NCBI GenBank assembly: GCA_037441775.1
Contig: JBBIRO010000011.1
Location: 1,708 to 65,707, forward strand
Direction: 5' to 3'
Length of the DNA stretch: 64,000 nt
Source: Syntrophobacterales bacterium
GTDB lineage: Bacteria; Desulfobacterota; Syntrophia; Syntrophales; CAMTWB01
A program made the translations under genes and the position numbers. Below are positions 10,606 to 20,080 of this stretch, piece after piece (position 1 is the stretch's first letter; every line of letters begins with the position of its first letter). The notes below the pieces were generated by a model. That model ran no database searches. It had not been told where the DNA came from and saw only the letters and a program-made list of their open reading frames with translations.

Positions 10606-12111
10606 TTATTTCCCGGCTTTCGCCAGGGGGCTCAAGGCCTCCCGGTCGCCGCCGCTCATGCCGGCGATATACTTTACCAGCTTCTTGCGGGACTCTATGT
10701 CGTACTGGGTCGTAATCGCAATCTGCTCCATGATCGGCGAGCCGCCGCCATGATAATTGCCCACGTTCGCGATACCTCCCGATGCCGAGCAGAGCCCGTC
10801 GCCCAGAAATCTCCAGAACTGGGCCTGATCTTCCGCGGACATGTTGGGATTACGCCTGGTGTACTTCAGGAGCAACTCTCCCGTCTCGGGATTCATAAAA
10901 TCTTTCTCGTGGGGGAAGGTCGCCGTAACGCCGCCGGAGATGTCGCATAGAATCTCCGCCTCACGAAAGACCGCTTCGCCCGACAGGCAACGTCCGACAT
11001 TGCAGTAGATGGAATGCGGAATGTATGAACCCGGACCATAGGGCACAAAACCGAATCCGGGAACAAAAACTTCTGGTTTGCCCAGGTCGGAGGCCGTATA
11101 GCCTGCGGCGTAACCGAGTTCGATGGTCATGATGAGCTCGGCCAGCTTCTCCCTGACATGGGATTCCTTATGGATATTATTCACTTCCGCGGCAAGTGCC
11201 GCTGCGCCAAGGATGATGTCTCCTATGGCGGGCTTGCAGCCAGAATAAGAATGGCGGTGGAATAGGGCAAAAAGCAAGGCGCAGGCGCCGCCGTGTTGAT
11301 GCTCACCGGCCAAAAAAACCCGCTCCCAAGGAATGAAACAGTCCTCGAAGATCATGTAGGAATCTGTCGCGCCGGGCTGGAAGCCACGTTTGTAATGCTC
11401 GCGGGGACGGAGGTTATGGATGGTTACCACTTGCTTCAGGCCGTCCCAGTCGCCCGGAATGGCAAAGGCAACCGCATAATCTTTATCCTGGGAACGCAGC
11501 GCCCGGGTGGGAACCACCAGTACCTCGTCGGCCACGGAGGCCTCTGAAATGTGCACCTTGCAGCCCTCGACGACGATACCGTCCTTCAGACGCTCCTTGA
11601 TCCGTACATAGGCGCTGGGGTCGGGCTGGTCAGCAGGGCGAAGCATACGATCTCCCTTCGTGTCCGTCTGCGCGCAGCAGCCGATGAGGTCTTCCGTCTG
11701 GAAGCGGATGAGCCACTTCTTGAAGTTCTCATGGTACTGGGTAGCGCCATTGTTAAGCTTGTCCGCCTCGTAGGATACATTGTAAATGGCGTTTGTCCCG
11801 TCAATCCCCATGCAGCGCTGGATGCAGCCGCCGACCTTCTGGCAGAGCATGCGGGTCATGTCCTGTTTCCGGTGAAGGTCTTCCTTATTCTGGTGAATGT
11901 GATTAAACCGATTGATGCGCTCCCCCGTTAGATGAGAAATTGCCGTGCACAGATCCTGGTTTTCCGGCTTGGCCGCTTCGTCGTACGTTGTGCCGATGGT
12001 ATTGATACAATCCATCTGCAACTCGTCCGTCCGGTCAATCAACTGACCGTTAAAAAAAATGTTACGCTTCATTGTTGATAATCCCTTGATATAATCCTGT
12101 TTTGTTCTCAT
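10606..12111 (-). CDS. 4-hydroxybutyryl-CoA dehydratase/vinylacetyl-CoA isomerase family protein (AbfD-like)
   Basis: Collinear similarity to AbfD as I recall it: INRFNHIHQNKEDLHRKQDMTRML, CIQRCMGID (Cys cluster ligands), HRHSYSGCK, GAAALAA. Confidence 0.8.
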   Translation of the reverse strand: MRTKQDYIKGLSTMKRNIFFNGQLIDRTDELQMDCINTIGTTYDEAAKPENQDLCTAISHLTGERINRFNHIHQNKEDLHRKQDMTRMLCQKVGGCIQRCMGIDGTNAIYNVSYEADKLNNGATQYHENFKKWLIRFQTEDLIGCCAQTDTKGDRMLRPADQPDPSAYVRIKERLKDGIVVEGCKVHISEASVADEVLVVPTRALRSQDKDYAVAFAIPGDWDGLKQVVTIHNLRPREHYKRGFQPGATDSYMIFEDCFIPWERVFLAGEHQHGGACALLFALFHRHSYSGCKPAIGDIILGAAALAAEVNNIHKESHVREKLAELIMTIELGYAAGYTASDLGKPEVFVPGFGFVPYGPGSYIPHSIYCNVGRCLSGEAVFREAEILCDISGGVTATFPHEKDFMNPETGELLLKYTRRNPNMSAEDQAQFWRFLGDGLCSASGGIANVGNYHGGGSPIMEQIAITTQYDIESRKKLVKYIAGMSGGDREALSPLAKAGK

Positions 12112-12275
12112 TTGCCTTTTCCTTTCTGTTCGTGTACCGATGAGGACGCCGTAGGTTACGATGGGAACGCTTTTAACTTATTAACTTACTTCTTGACAGT
12201 GCCGGCAATGGAGCCTATTGAGGCGCCATGCCGCAAGGATTACGCTTAGCCGCAGCAGATGTCGTCATATAATGA

Positions 12276-12350
12276 CGATTTTTTACCACGCCGTCAAGCA
12301 TTGCGAATTCGTAAAAAGTCCGCACTCCCCTCACTTTTCTTTTCCCCCTT
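12276..12350. repeat. R/L T-motif junction plus CGCACTCC...TTTTCTT module
   Basis: cgattttttaccacgccgtcaa (R), then ttgcgaattcgtaaaaagtc (L), then cgcactcccctcacttttcttttccc. The same junction architecture occurs at 44607-44660. Confidence 0.6.
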
Positions 12351-12357
12351 TTCTCTT

Positions 12358-13998
12358 CTATTTGGTCATCTGTAACCGCTGCTCCTCCCGGGGAACAAAC
12401 CACTTGATGAAGTTGTGCCCAATTCCGATCGGCGCCGGCTCTATGCCCTGAAAACGACCGTGAATAATCGGCAGGGCGTCGGGAACATACAAAAATGTAT
12501 ATGGCTGGTCTTCGGCGATAATCTCCTGTATCCGGTGATAGGCCCGGCGGCGTTTCTCCAAATCGAAAGTGCCGCGTCCCTTTTCCAAAAGATCGTCGAG
12601 TTCTTCGTTTTTGTAGGAAATAAAGTTCAACTCCCGGGCGCCGACCTTGCTGGAATGCCAGACATCGTACATGTCCGGATCCATTGGAATCGTCCATCCC
12701 AAAATGGTTGCGTCGAAACGCCGCTTGTTGATGAATTCGTTTACGAAGGCCGCCCACTCGATTACCCTTATTTTCACTGTAATGCCTATCTCGGCCAGTC
12801 GCCGCTGAATGATCTCGGCGGTCTTGGCCCGTACTTCATTTCCCTGGTTGGTGATTATCTCGAAACTGAAGGGTTTGCCGTCCTTATCCAGAATGCCGTC
12901 ATTGTTGCTGTCGCGCCAGCCGGCCTCGGCCAAAAGCGCCTTCGCCTTCTTGGGATCATAGGGATACTTACGGACATTTTCATTGTGAGCCCAGCTGCCG
13001 GGCTTCAGAGGACCAGTGGCCTCCCGGCCCAGGCCGAGCAGCACGCCGTTGATAATCTCATTTTTGTCGATGGCGTGCGAAATCCCCTGGCGCACCCTCT
13101 TGTCCGCAAACAACGGATTTTTGAGGTTATACCCCAGGTAGGTATAGGAGAACGAAAGGTAACGAAACTTGTTGTATTTTTGTTTGAAGGCGCCGGTTTC
13201 CGTCTGTCTCGTGTATTGCAGAGGGGTAAGGCCCATCCGATCGATGTTGTTTGCCCGCAACTCCAGGAACATGGTGGCCATATCGGGAATGATCCGCATG
13301 ATATAGCCGTCGATATAGGGTCGGCCTTCGAAATATTCAGGGTTAGATATCAAAACTATTTTCTGCCCCGTAACCCACTCCTTGAACATGTAGGGACCGG
13401 TGCCGACAGGGTGCCGGGAAAGCGGGCTTTTTGTAATGTCTTTTCCGGAAAGCAGGTGACGCGGCAGGATGCTGCTGCCCCAACTGGCCAACGCCGGGGC
13501 GAAAGGTTTATTGTAAGTCACCCGAAAGGTGTGGGAATCCAAGACCTCCGCCTTTTTCACCTTCTGGAAATCTCCGGCGTAGGCGGTCGGGGTATTTGGA
13601 TCGATTGTCACCCGGTAGGTATATAGGACGTCTTCGGCGGTAAATGGTTGTCCATCGTGCCACTTGACCCCCTTGCGCAGGGAAAATGTGATAACCAGCC
13701 CATCAGGCGATATCTCCCATGATTCGGCCAGGTCGCCGACTATTTTTATATCCTTGTCGTACTTCACCAGGCCGTTATAGACCAGCGCAGCGATGCCGTG
13801 CGAGGTGCTGTCGGAGGCCAAAAGCGGGATCAGACTGCTGGCATCACCGATGGAGCCCTCCACGATGATATCGCCGTAGGCGGGCGTTGCCGGCCTCTTT
13901 TTATCGGCATAGGCCGCGGCGCCACCAGCAACTAAAATGAAAAAAGTCATCAAAACAAATATGAACGTCCTTTTCATGCAGTGACTTTTCATTTGCAC
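12358..13998 (-). CDS. ABC transporter substrate-binding protein, family 5 (peptide/nickel type), orphan
   Basis: Signal peptide plus an OppA/DppA-like fold (LVKYDKDIKIVGDLAESWEISPDG). No adjacent permease or ATPase genes. Confidence 0.85.
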   Translation of the reverse strand: MQMKSHCMKRTFIFVLMTFFILVAGGAAAYADKKRPATPAYGDIIVEGSIGDASSLIPLLASDSTSHGIAALVYNGLVKYDKDIKIVGDLAESWEISPDGLVITFSLRKGVKWHDGQPFTAEDVLYTYRVTIDPNTPTAYAGDFQKVKKAEVLDSHTFRVTYNKPFAPALASWGSSILPRHLLSGKDITKSPLSRHPVGTGPYMFKEWVTGQKIVLISNPEYFEGRPYIDGYIMRIIPDMATMFLELRANNIDRMGLTPLQYTRQTETGAFKQKYNKFRYLSFSYTYLGYNLKNPLFADKRVRQGISHAIDKNEIINGVLLGLGREATGPLKPGSWAHNENVRKYPYDPKKAKALLAEAGWRDSNNDGILDKDGKPFSFEIITNQGNEVRAKTAEIIQRRLAEIGITVKIRVIEWAAFVNEFINKRRFDATILGWTIPMDPDMYDVWHSSKVGARELNFISYKNEELDDLLEKGRGTFDLEKRRRAYHRIQEIIAEDQPYTFLYVPDALPIIHGRFQGIEPAPIGIGHNFIKWFVPREEQRLQMTK

Positions 13999-14194
13999 CC
14001 CATCCCTTTCTGATAAACCTAGCCCTCGAGATTGTTTTTTATAATCTATCCCAGTAACAGCAATTTTGCAAAGAGATTGCGCTAAAAATCTACCTGGTAT
14101 AGATGTAAGGTGGAAAATGCAGGTTTTTTGTTTCCATCGGACATATTACCGCTTACGACATAACAACTCGCCGATTCATAATGCCCTTAAATAA

Positions 14195-15727
14195 ATGATA
14201 AACAAAAAAAGCGATCGCCAAAACAAAAAAGCCGAGACGATTCAATTGCAACTGGCCGGCATCTTGGACATTGTGCTTGATGCGGCACGAAATTTTAACC
14301 TCAACTGCGGCACCAACCAGGCAGCGGCCATCGGGTTCTTTGCCCTCCTTTCAATTATTCCGCTCTTGATCCTCACGATGATCCTGGTGAACTATTTTTT
14401 TGGCTCCTTCCCCGGGGCCCAGGAGCTCTTGTTTGAGGCCATAAATGAATATCATCCTTATATCTCGGAAAAGCTGTTCGAACAGTTAGGTCGGGTAGAA
14501 GAAAAGAAGCGGCTTATGGGGGGTTTGGGCCTTCTTAGTTTGGCCTGGCTGGCAATAATGGTTGTCCGCGCCTTGGGACGCTCACTCAACATGATCTTCC
14601 GGGTAGAGGGAAAGCAGAACTTCATTGCCTCGACGTTGATCGCAATGGGAATTATATTACTGCTGTGGACGGCAACCATGGTGATGATTGCAGCCAATTA
14701 CAGCCGGGAGATCTTGCATCTTGATCATCCACTACAGGAATTGATCTTCGGATCAATCCCCCCTTCCCTGATGGTTCTTATTGACAGCGGCCTGCCAAAA
14801 CTGATCACGGTTCTGATGGTGGGGCTAAGCTACAAAGTCATCCCCAAAAGCCGGATAACATTTAAAAACGCGCTCGCCGGAGGGATCATCTTCACTTTTT
14901 TGATGGCTACAGCAAAAAGCGGGTTCTCTCTATATCTGGCCAACTATGCCCGCTACGGGGTCATCTACGGTTCACTCGATGTGCTGATCATTGTCATTAT
15001 CTGGATATTTTTTCTGTCTTTAATCTTTCTTTTTACAGCCGAACTAGTTTCTTCCTATTGTCGGCGGGATTTGATTCTCCTGGAGAGAATCATTCTGGGA
15101 CAGAAGAAAAAGATGTTCCGCGTTGCAGACCGGATTTATCGTAAGTTCGGTCAGACTTACCAACCTGGCGCATTCATTTTCAAAGAAGGGGATTCCGGGC
15201 AGGAAATGTTCTATATTCTCCGGGGACGTGTTCAGATGGAGAAGAGAGCCGGCGACATCACCAGGGTTCTGGCCCAAATGGGTGAAGGCGATTACTTCGG
15301 CGAGATGGCTCTTCTGGTAGATACCCAAAGGACCGCCTCAGCCAAGGTAATGGAAACATCGCTCATTGCCACGATTCAGCCAAAAACATTCCGTGCGCTA
15401 ATCAGGGAAAATGAAGAGGTAGCATTGCTGATGCTGCGGGAGTTTTCGCGACGGCTCAAGAATACCGGTATTCTCTTAGAGGAGCTCAGTCAGTCCTGGT
15501 CACGGCTGATGGTGGCGGCCTATATTATACTGCAAGAGAAAAGCCTTCCGGCGGACGCCCGTGATATATCCGCTCGTCTGGCCGCCATAACCGGAAAGGA
15601 CACGGGTGAAATAGCCGCGCTTCTGGAGAGCTTACACCAGTTGGGCCTTTTGACAGGTGAAAACGGGAAAATAACCAGCATAGACAAGTCCGGGGCGCTG
15701 GATCTAATAAAAAATGTAAAAAATTAA
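14195..15727 (+). CDS. YihY/BrkB-family membrane domain fused to a cyclic-nucleotide-binding domain and a C-terminal helical (HTH-like) region
   Basis: The N-terminal ~290 aa are polytopic with the YihY hallmark YGSLDVLIIVIIWIFFLSLIFLFTAEL. A CAP effector-domain follows (FKEGDSGQEMFYILRG ... GEGDYFGEMALLVDTQRTASAKV). Confidence 0.8.
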   Translation: MINKKSDRQNKKAETIQLQLAGILDIVLDAARNFNLNCGTNQAAAIGFFALLSIIPLLILTMILVNYFFGSFPGAQELLFEAINEYHPYISEKLFEQLGRVEEKKRLMGGLGLLSLAWLAIMVVRALGRSLNMIFRVEGKQNFIASTLIAMGIILLLWTATMVMIAANYSREILHLDHPLQELIFGSIPPSLMVLIDSGLPKLITVLMVGLSYKVIPKSRITFKNALAGGIIFTFLMATAKSGFSLYLANYARYGVIYGSLDVLIIVIIWIFFLSLIFLFTAELVSSYCRRDLILLERIILGQKKKMFRVADRIYRKFGQTYQPGAFIFKEGDSGQEMFYILRGRVQMEKRAGDITRVLAQMGEGDYFGEMALLVDTQRTASAKVMETSLIATIQPKTFRALIRENEEVALLMLREFSRRLKNTGILLEELSQSWSRLMVAAYIILQEKSLPADARDISARLAAITGKDTGEIAALLESLHQLGLLTGENGKITSIDKSGALDLIKNVKN

Positions 15728-15741
15728 CCGCCTCCGGCCGG

Positions 15742-17163
15742 TCACTTAGGAGAGCGCCCGCCGATCTTCTTTACCCGGATCATGTTGGTCGTGCCGGCCA
15801 TCATTAACGGGTGGCCCACCGTTATTACCGCCAGATCCCCCTTTTCCACCAATCCTGCTTCGAGGGCTGTTTGCGCCGACCTTTCAATCATTTCATCCGT
15901 ATCGGTAGGCTGATTGGTAATTATCGGCAGGCAGCCCCAGACCAACGATAGCCTTCTCACGGTGGTTTCACTGGGTGAGATGGCCAAAATCGGCTGCCGG
16001 GGACGAAACCGGGCAATCTGCCGGGCGGTCAGCCCTGATTGGGTGTGGGCGATGATCAGCCGGGCTTCAAGGTGATCCGCCAGAATACAGGAGGCATGGG
16101 CTACCGAGGCGGAGAGCTCCTTTTCTGGTACGGTTGCAAGATATGTTTGGTAGGGAAATCCGGTTTCCGCCGTTGACGTGATCCTGCTCATGAAGCCTAC
16201 CGCTTCCACCGGGTAACTACCTGATGCAGTTTCTTCCGACAACATGACCGCATCAGTCCCATCCAGAACGGCATTGGCCACATCCGCCGCCTCCGCCCTG
16301 GTTGGCCTGGGCTGACTCACCATAGAACGGAGCATCTGGGTTGCTGTGATCACCGGTTTTCCCTGACTATTGGCGGACCGAATAATTTTTTTCTGGATTA
16401 AGGGCACCTCTTCCGGTGGTATCTCCACCCCCAAATCGCCCCGGGCGACCATTAACCCGTCGGCATGGGTCAGTATCTCATCTAAGTGCACCAGTGCCTC
16501 ATGCTTCTCGATTTTGGCGATAACCGGAGTGTCGGCGGCATTTTCGGCGATCATCTTTTTGACGGCCAGGATATCGTCCCCGGATTTCACGAAGGACAGG
16601 GCAATGTAATCAACCTTGTTTTCCAGCCCGAAAAGGAGGTCCACCTTATCCTTTTCGGTTAGCGGCGGGGCGTTGATTGTATTGGTGGGTAAGTTGATAC
16701 CCTTATGGGAGCTCAATAAACCGCCGGTTATTACCCGGCAAACAATATCCGTTTCGTTAGTTTCTTCCACCGACAGCTCCATGAGACCATCGGCCAATAG
16801 CAGGCGGTCGCCTCTTTTCACGTCGCGGGGCAAGTTGCGGTAGCTAATGGAAACCATCCCGTCAATACCGTAGACGGAACGGCTGGTAAGAATAAACTTT
16901 CCTCCTGGCGCAAGCAGGATGCCCGGCTCGGGGATCCTGCCGACCCTTATTTTCGGTCCGGCCAGGTCCTGCAACACGGCCACGGGAATCCCCATCCGGC
17001 CCGATATTTCCCGGATCAGCCGGATCTTTTCAAAGTGATATTCTCTTGTTCCGTGGGAAAAATTGAGCCTGGCCACGTTCATGCCGGCATGGATCATCTG
17101 TTCGATTAAAACCTCGGTGTCACAGGAGGGCCCGATAGTGCATACGATCTTGGTTTTGCGCAT
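15742..17163 (-). CDS. pyk: Pyruvate kinase
   Basis: MRKTKIVCTIGPS start and NFSHG motif. The ORF track begins 24 codons upstream, but the ATG at 17163 matches the family N-terminus. Confidence 0.9.
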   Translation of the reverse strand: MRKTKIVCTIGPSCDTEVLIEQMIHAGMNVARLNFSHGTREYHFEKIRLIREISGRMGIPVAVLQDLAGPKIRVGRIPEPGILLAPGGKFILTSRSVYGIDGMVSISYRNLPRDVKRGDRLLLADGLMELSVEETNETDIVCRVITGGLLSSHKGINLPTNTINAPPLTEKDKVDLLFGLENKVDYIALSFVKSGDDILAVKKMIAENAADTPVIAKIEKHEALVHLDEILTHADGLMVARGDLGVEIPPEEVPLIQKKIIRSANSQGKPVITATQMLRSMVSQPRPTRAEAADVANAVLDGTDAVMLSEETASGSYPVEAVGFMSRITSTAETGFPYQTYLATVPEKELSASVAHASCILADHLEARLIIAHTQSGLTARQIARFRPRQPILAISPSETTVRRLSLVWGCLPIITNQPTDTDEMIERSAQTALEAGLVEKGDLAVITVGHPLMMAGTTNMIRVKKIGGRSPK

Positions 17164-17369
17164 AATCCTTCCTTTTGGCTGCACTGTATCACCGCATAAC
17201 GGCAAGGTAAAAATCATCCGCCCGGCAAGCGACACTTTTTTCTATAAAATCAAGCCATTTAAGTCAAGACATTTTCCGCGGGTGGCTGGTTTTTGCCTTT
17301 ACAATAACAGCAAATCCTGTTACTTAGTTCATTGAATTCAGGCATCAGCAAACGAAAGGATTTGTCACA

Positions 17370-18527
17370 TTGGAAGACGAACACATTATACGGATTAAGC
17401 TAAATGAAAAAGAGATTACCCTGGTCGGCACAGCTCATATATCCAAAGAGAGTGCCTTAGAGGTGGAACGGATAATCGAACAGGAGAAACCAGAGAACGT
17501 TTGTGTCGAACTATGCCAGGCCCGCTATGACGCTATCAGCCAGCACCAGGGCTGGCAGGAAATGGATATTATACAACTCATCAGGGGGAAAAGGGCTTCC
17601 CTCCTCCTGGCCCAGTGGATTGTCGCCGCCTACCAAAGAAAGATTGCCCAGAAGCTGGGCATCCGTCCGGGAGAAGAAATGATAAGGGCCATTAATAAGG
17701 CTCGCGAGGTAGGAGCAAGCGTCATTCTGGCAGACCGCAGCATCCGGGTTAGCATGCTTCGCACCTGGCGGATGATGAGCTTCTGGGGAAAGGCGAGACT
17801 CATGACTGAGATTATCGCCTCGGCCCTCTTTAACGAAAACATATCGGAAGAGGATATTGAAAAACTCAAGAAACAAGACGTGCTGGATCTGGCAATAGCA
17901 TCTCTCCAGAAAAGTCTTCCCACCGTAAAATCCACCTTGATTGACGAACGAGATCGCTGGCTTGCCCATACGATCGGCAATGCGCCGGGAAACAGGATCG
18001 TTGCCGTTGTGGGGGCGGGCCACCTGGCTGGAGTGGCGCAGAACCTGGGGAAAGACCTTGACTGCGAAGCAATAAACGTAATCCCGCCGGCATCCGTCTG
18101 GTCACGGGTAGCATCCTGGACATTCCCGGCCCTTATTGTAGGCTTGATCCTGGCCGGATTCTTATACGCCGGCGATAAGGCCGGAATAAGCATGGTTCTC
18201 TGGTGGTCCGCCATAACCGCCTCGGCCTCGGCACTGGGGGCGATTCTGATGCTGGCCCACCCGGCCACCATTCTGGCCTCCGCCCTGGCAGCCCCGTTTA
18301 CCACCCTCCATCCCTTTCTGGCGGCCGGTTGGGTTGCCGGCATTACCGAGGCTACCCTGCGTAAGCCCCAGGTAAAGGATTTCATGAACCTGCGGGATGA
18401 TATTATTAGCCTGCGCGGTTTTTTCCGGAACAAGATCACCAGAATTTTGATTATTGTGGCCGTGGTGAACATCACCACCTCCCTGGGCACCTTTGCGGCC
18501 ATCCCGATGATGATGAGGTTTTTCTGA
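17370..18527 (+). CDS. TraB/GumN family protein with C-terminal membrane domain
   Basis: ITLVGTAHISKES and VVGAGHLAGV motifs. The C-terminal ~130 aa are hydrophobic. Confidence 0.75.
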   Translation: MEDEHIIRIKLNEKEITLVGTAHISKESALEVERIIEQEKPENVCVELCQARYDAISQHQGWQEMDIIQLIRGKRASLLLAQWIVAAYQRKIAQKLGIRPGEEMIRAINKAREVGASVILADRSIRVSMLRTWRMMSFWGKARLMTEIIASALFNENISEEDIEKLKKQDVLDLAIASLQKSLPTVKSTLIDERDRWLAHTIGNAPGNRIVAVVGAGHLAGVAQNLGKDLDCEAINVIPPASVWSRVASWTFPALIVGLILAGFLYAGDKAGISMVLWWSAITASASALGAILMLAHPATILASALAAPFTTLHPFLAAGWVAGITEATLRKPQVKDFMNLRDDIISLRGFFRNKITRILIIVAVVNITTSLGTFAAIPMMMRFF

Positions 18528-18571
18528 CCAACAGGGAATTCCACACTACTGAGAGGCACATAACAGAAGCC

Positions 18572-19417
18572 ATGATACGCTCTACTCGGAACTCATTGCT
18601 TTGCCCCCGCTGTCGCAAGCTCATCAGCAGTGACGAGAGAATCTGCCCTTACTGTTCTCTTACCAATCCCGCCGACCGCAAGCTACTGAAGATGGTCAAT
18701 CTCTTGGGTATGGACAGACTAGACATGATTAATCTCATTGTTTACCTAAATGCCGGTTTTTATCTGCTGGCGTTGCTACTGGACCCTTACACTGCGACGC
18801 TGGCGATAAATCCCTTCACCTTCCTGTCACCTTCCAATGAAAGTCTTTTCTATCTCGGGGCATCGGGGGCAATCCCCCTGACCGGATACAACCGGTGGTG
18901 GACAATAATTTCCGCCTCGTTCCTCCACGGCAGTCTGCTCCACATTTTCTTTAACATGATCGCCTTTAAGCAACTGGGGCCTTTCGTTCTGAGGGAATAC
19001 GGGGTTTCCCGTTTTCTTGTCATATACATCCTGGCCGGGGGCATGGGTTTTCTCATCTCATCTCTAGCCGGGGTAGCCCTGACCATTGGCGCTTCCGCAA
19101 GCATCTGCGCCCTCATCGGCGCCATTATCTACTACGGAAAGAGCAGGGGGGATTTCTACGGCCACCTGATATACCGTCAGGCTCTGGGGTGGGTGGTCGG
19201 CCTGGTGATCATCGGCCTCATTGTACCGGGAATCAATAACCTGGCCCACGGCAGCGGTCTGGTCTCTGGCATCGCCCTGGCCTGGCTGCTGGGATACCAG
19301 GAGGGCAGGGATCGTCAGGTGGCGCTGGTTGTTGCCGGTTGGCTCTGTGCGGCGGCAACCGCGCTGATATTGCTCTGGGCAATTGCCGGAGCGCTGCTGG
19401 CGGCTTATGCCCAATAG
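18572..19417 (+). CDS. Rhomboid family intramembrane serine protease with N-terminal zinc ribbon
   Basis: CPRC...CPYC ribbon, rhomboid motifs FLHGSLLHIFFNM and GASGAI, and a later H in AHGSG. Confidence 0.8.
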   Translation: MIRSTRNSLLCPRCRKLISSDERICPYCSLTNPADRKLLKMVNLLGMDRLDMINLIVYLNAGFYLLALLLDPYTATLAINPFTFLSPSNESLFYLGASGAIPLTGYNRWWTIISASFLHGSLLHIFFNMIAFKQLGPFVLREYGVSRFLVIYILAGGMGFLISSLAGVALTIGASASICALIGAIIYYGKSRGDFYGHLIYRQALGWVVGLVIIGLIVPGINNLAHGSGLVSGIALAWLLGYQEGRDRQVALVVAGWLCAAATALILLWAIAGALLAAYAQ

Positions 19418-19474
19418 CAACAGGCTGAAGGGAGCCCATTAATATCCGGCGAAACATATTGGAAAAAGGGGGTC

Positions 19475-20038
19475 ATGATGATCGGATTAGTTAAGATTGA
19501 CGAACTCGTAAAAAGTCGTAAAAATGTGAGTTTCAGAACGGCTTTGCAACAAGGCCGCGGTCAAGGCGCGCAAATCCCGAAAAATGAGAGGGACTTTCCA
19601 CACGCCGCACTGACGAAGGATTTAGCGCAACGCCACATCCGATCTTTTTGCAAAGCCGTCAAGATTGTTCTTTGTATCATTCCGTTACTGCTCACCGCTT
19701 GTGATGGCGCCATAAGCGTAGGTGGCAGGACCATCGGGGTTCAATCGGGAAAGTTTATTTTCAGCGATGGTTTTGTCCAGACCAACTTCCCCTACCCCTA
19801 TGAGCGGACCTGGGCCGCCGCAGAAAAGGCCATGCTCGACCTGAAGGCGCAGGACATAATGAAAATGGAGCGTATCGGCCGCGGTGAGATCAAGGGCCTG
19901 ATCAAAGACGAGACGGTGACTGTTGCGGTTAAGCATATCCAGAGGGAAGGAACTGCCGTTGCGGTCCGCGTTGGTCTGGTGGGAAACAATATCGCCGCCC
20001 AACTGATTCTGGAACGGGTGGCCCGCAACCTGCAGTGA
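19475..20038 (+). CDS. Putative small lipoprotein whose signal peptide is interrupted in frame by a 162-bp repeat element
   Basis: GGGGG RBS then ATGATG. Removing 19499-19666 gives MMIGLVKIVLCIIPLLLTAC, a lipobox signal peptide. The intact ORF reads through the element. Confidence 0.55.
   Translation: MMIGLVKIDELVKSRKNVSFRTALQQGRGQGAQIPKNERDFPHAALTKDLAQRHIRSFCKAVKIVLCIIPLLLTACDGAISVGGRTIGVQSGKFIFSDGFVQTNFPYPYERTWAAAEKAMLDLKAQDIMKMERIGRGEIKGLIKDETVTVAVKHIQREGTAVAVRVGLVGNNIAAQLILERVARNLQ
19499..19660. repeat. T-motif-bounded element B (162 bp) inside a lipoprotein gene
   Basis: L end gacgaactcgtaaaaagtc and R end gatctttttgcaaagccgtc. Flanked by direct AAGATT copies at 19493-19498 and 19661-19666. 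Confidence 0.75.
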
Positions 20039-20080
20039 TAGCTGCCGCCAGAGATGGAAGCATCATCAAAATTAATTTTC

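Noticed and set aside
12415-13626. Long antisense ORFs opposite well-supported genes (for example 12415-13626, 9060-9869, 17630-18559, 62122-62928, 4115-4627).
   Set aside because: They are shadow ORFs on the opposite strand of genes with clear family signatures. Their translations are low-complexity and Arg/Pro/Gly-rich, with no recognisable motifs.
14195-15727. The YihY-cNMP protein considered as a Pycsar/CBASS-type membrane effector.
   Set aside because: There is no adjacent nucleotide cyclase or other defence gene. The domain order and housekeeping context do not fit known systems.
17283-17297. A sigma-54-like promoter, TGGCTGGTTTTTGCC, between pyk and traB.
   Set aside because: The GG-to-GC spacing is 9 nt rather than the canonical 10, and the -24 element is imperfect. 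It is not convincing without a matrix score.
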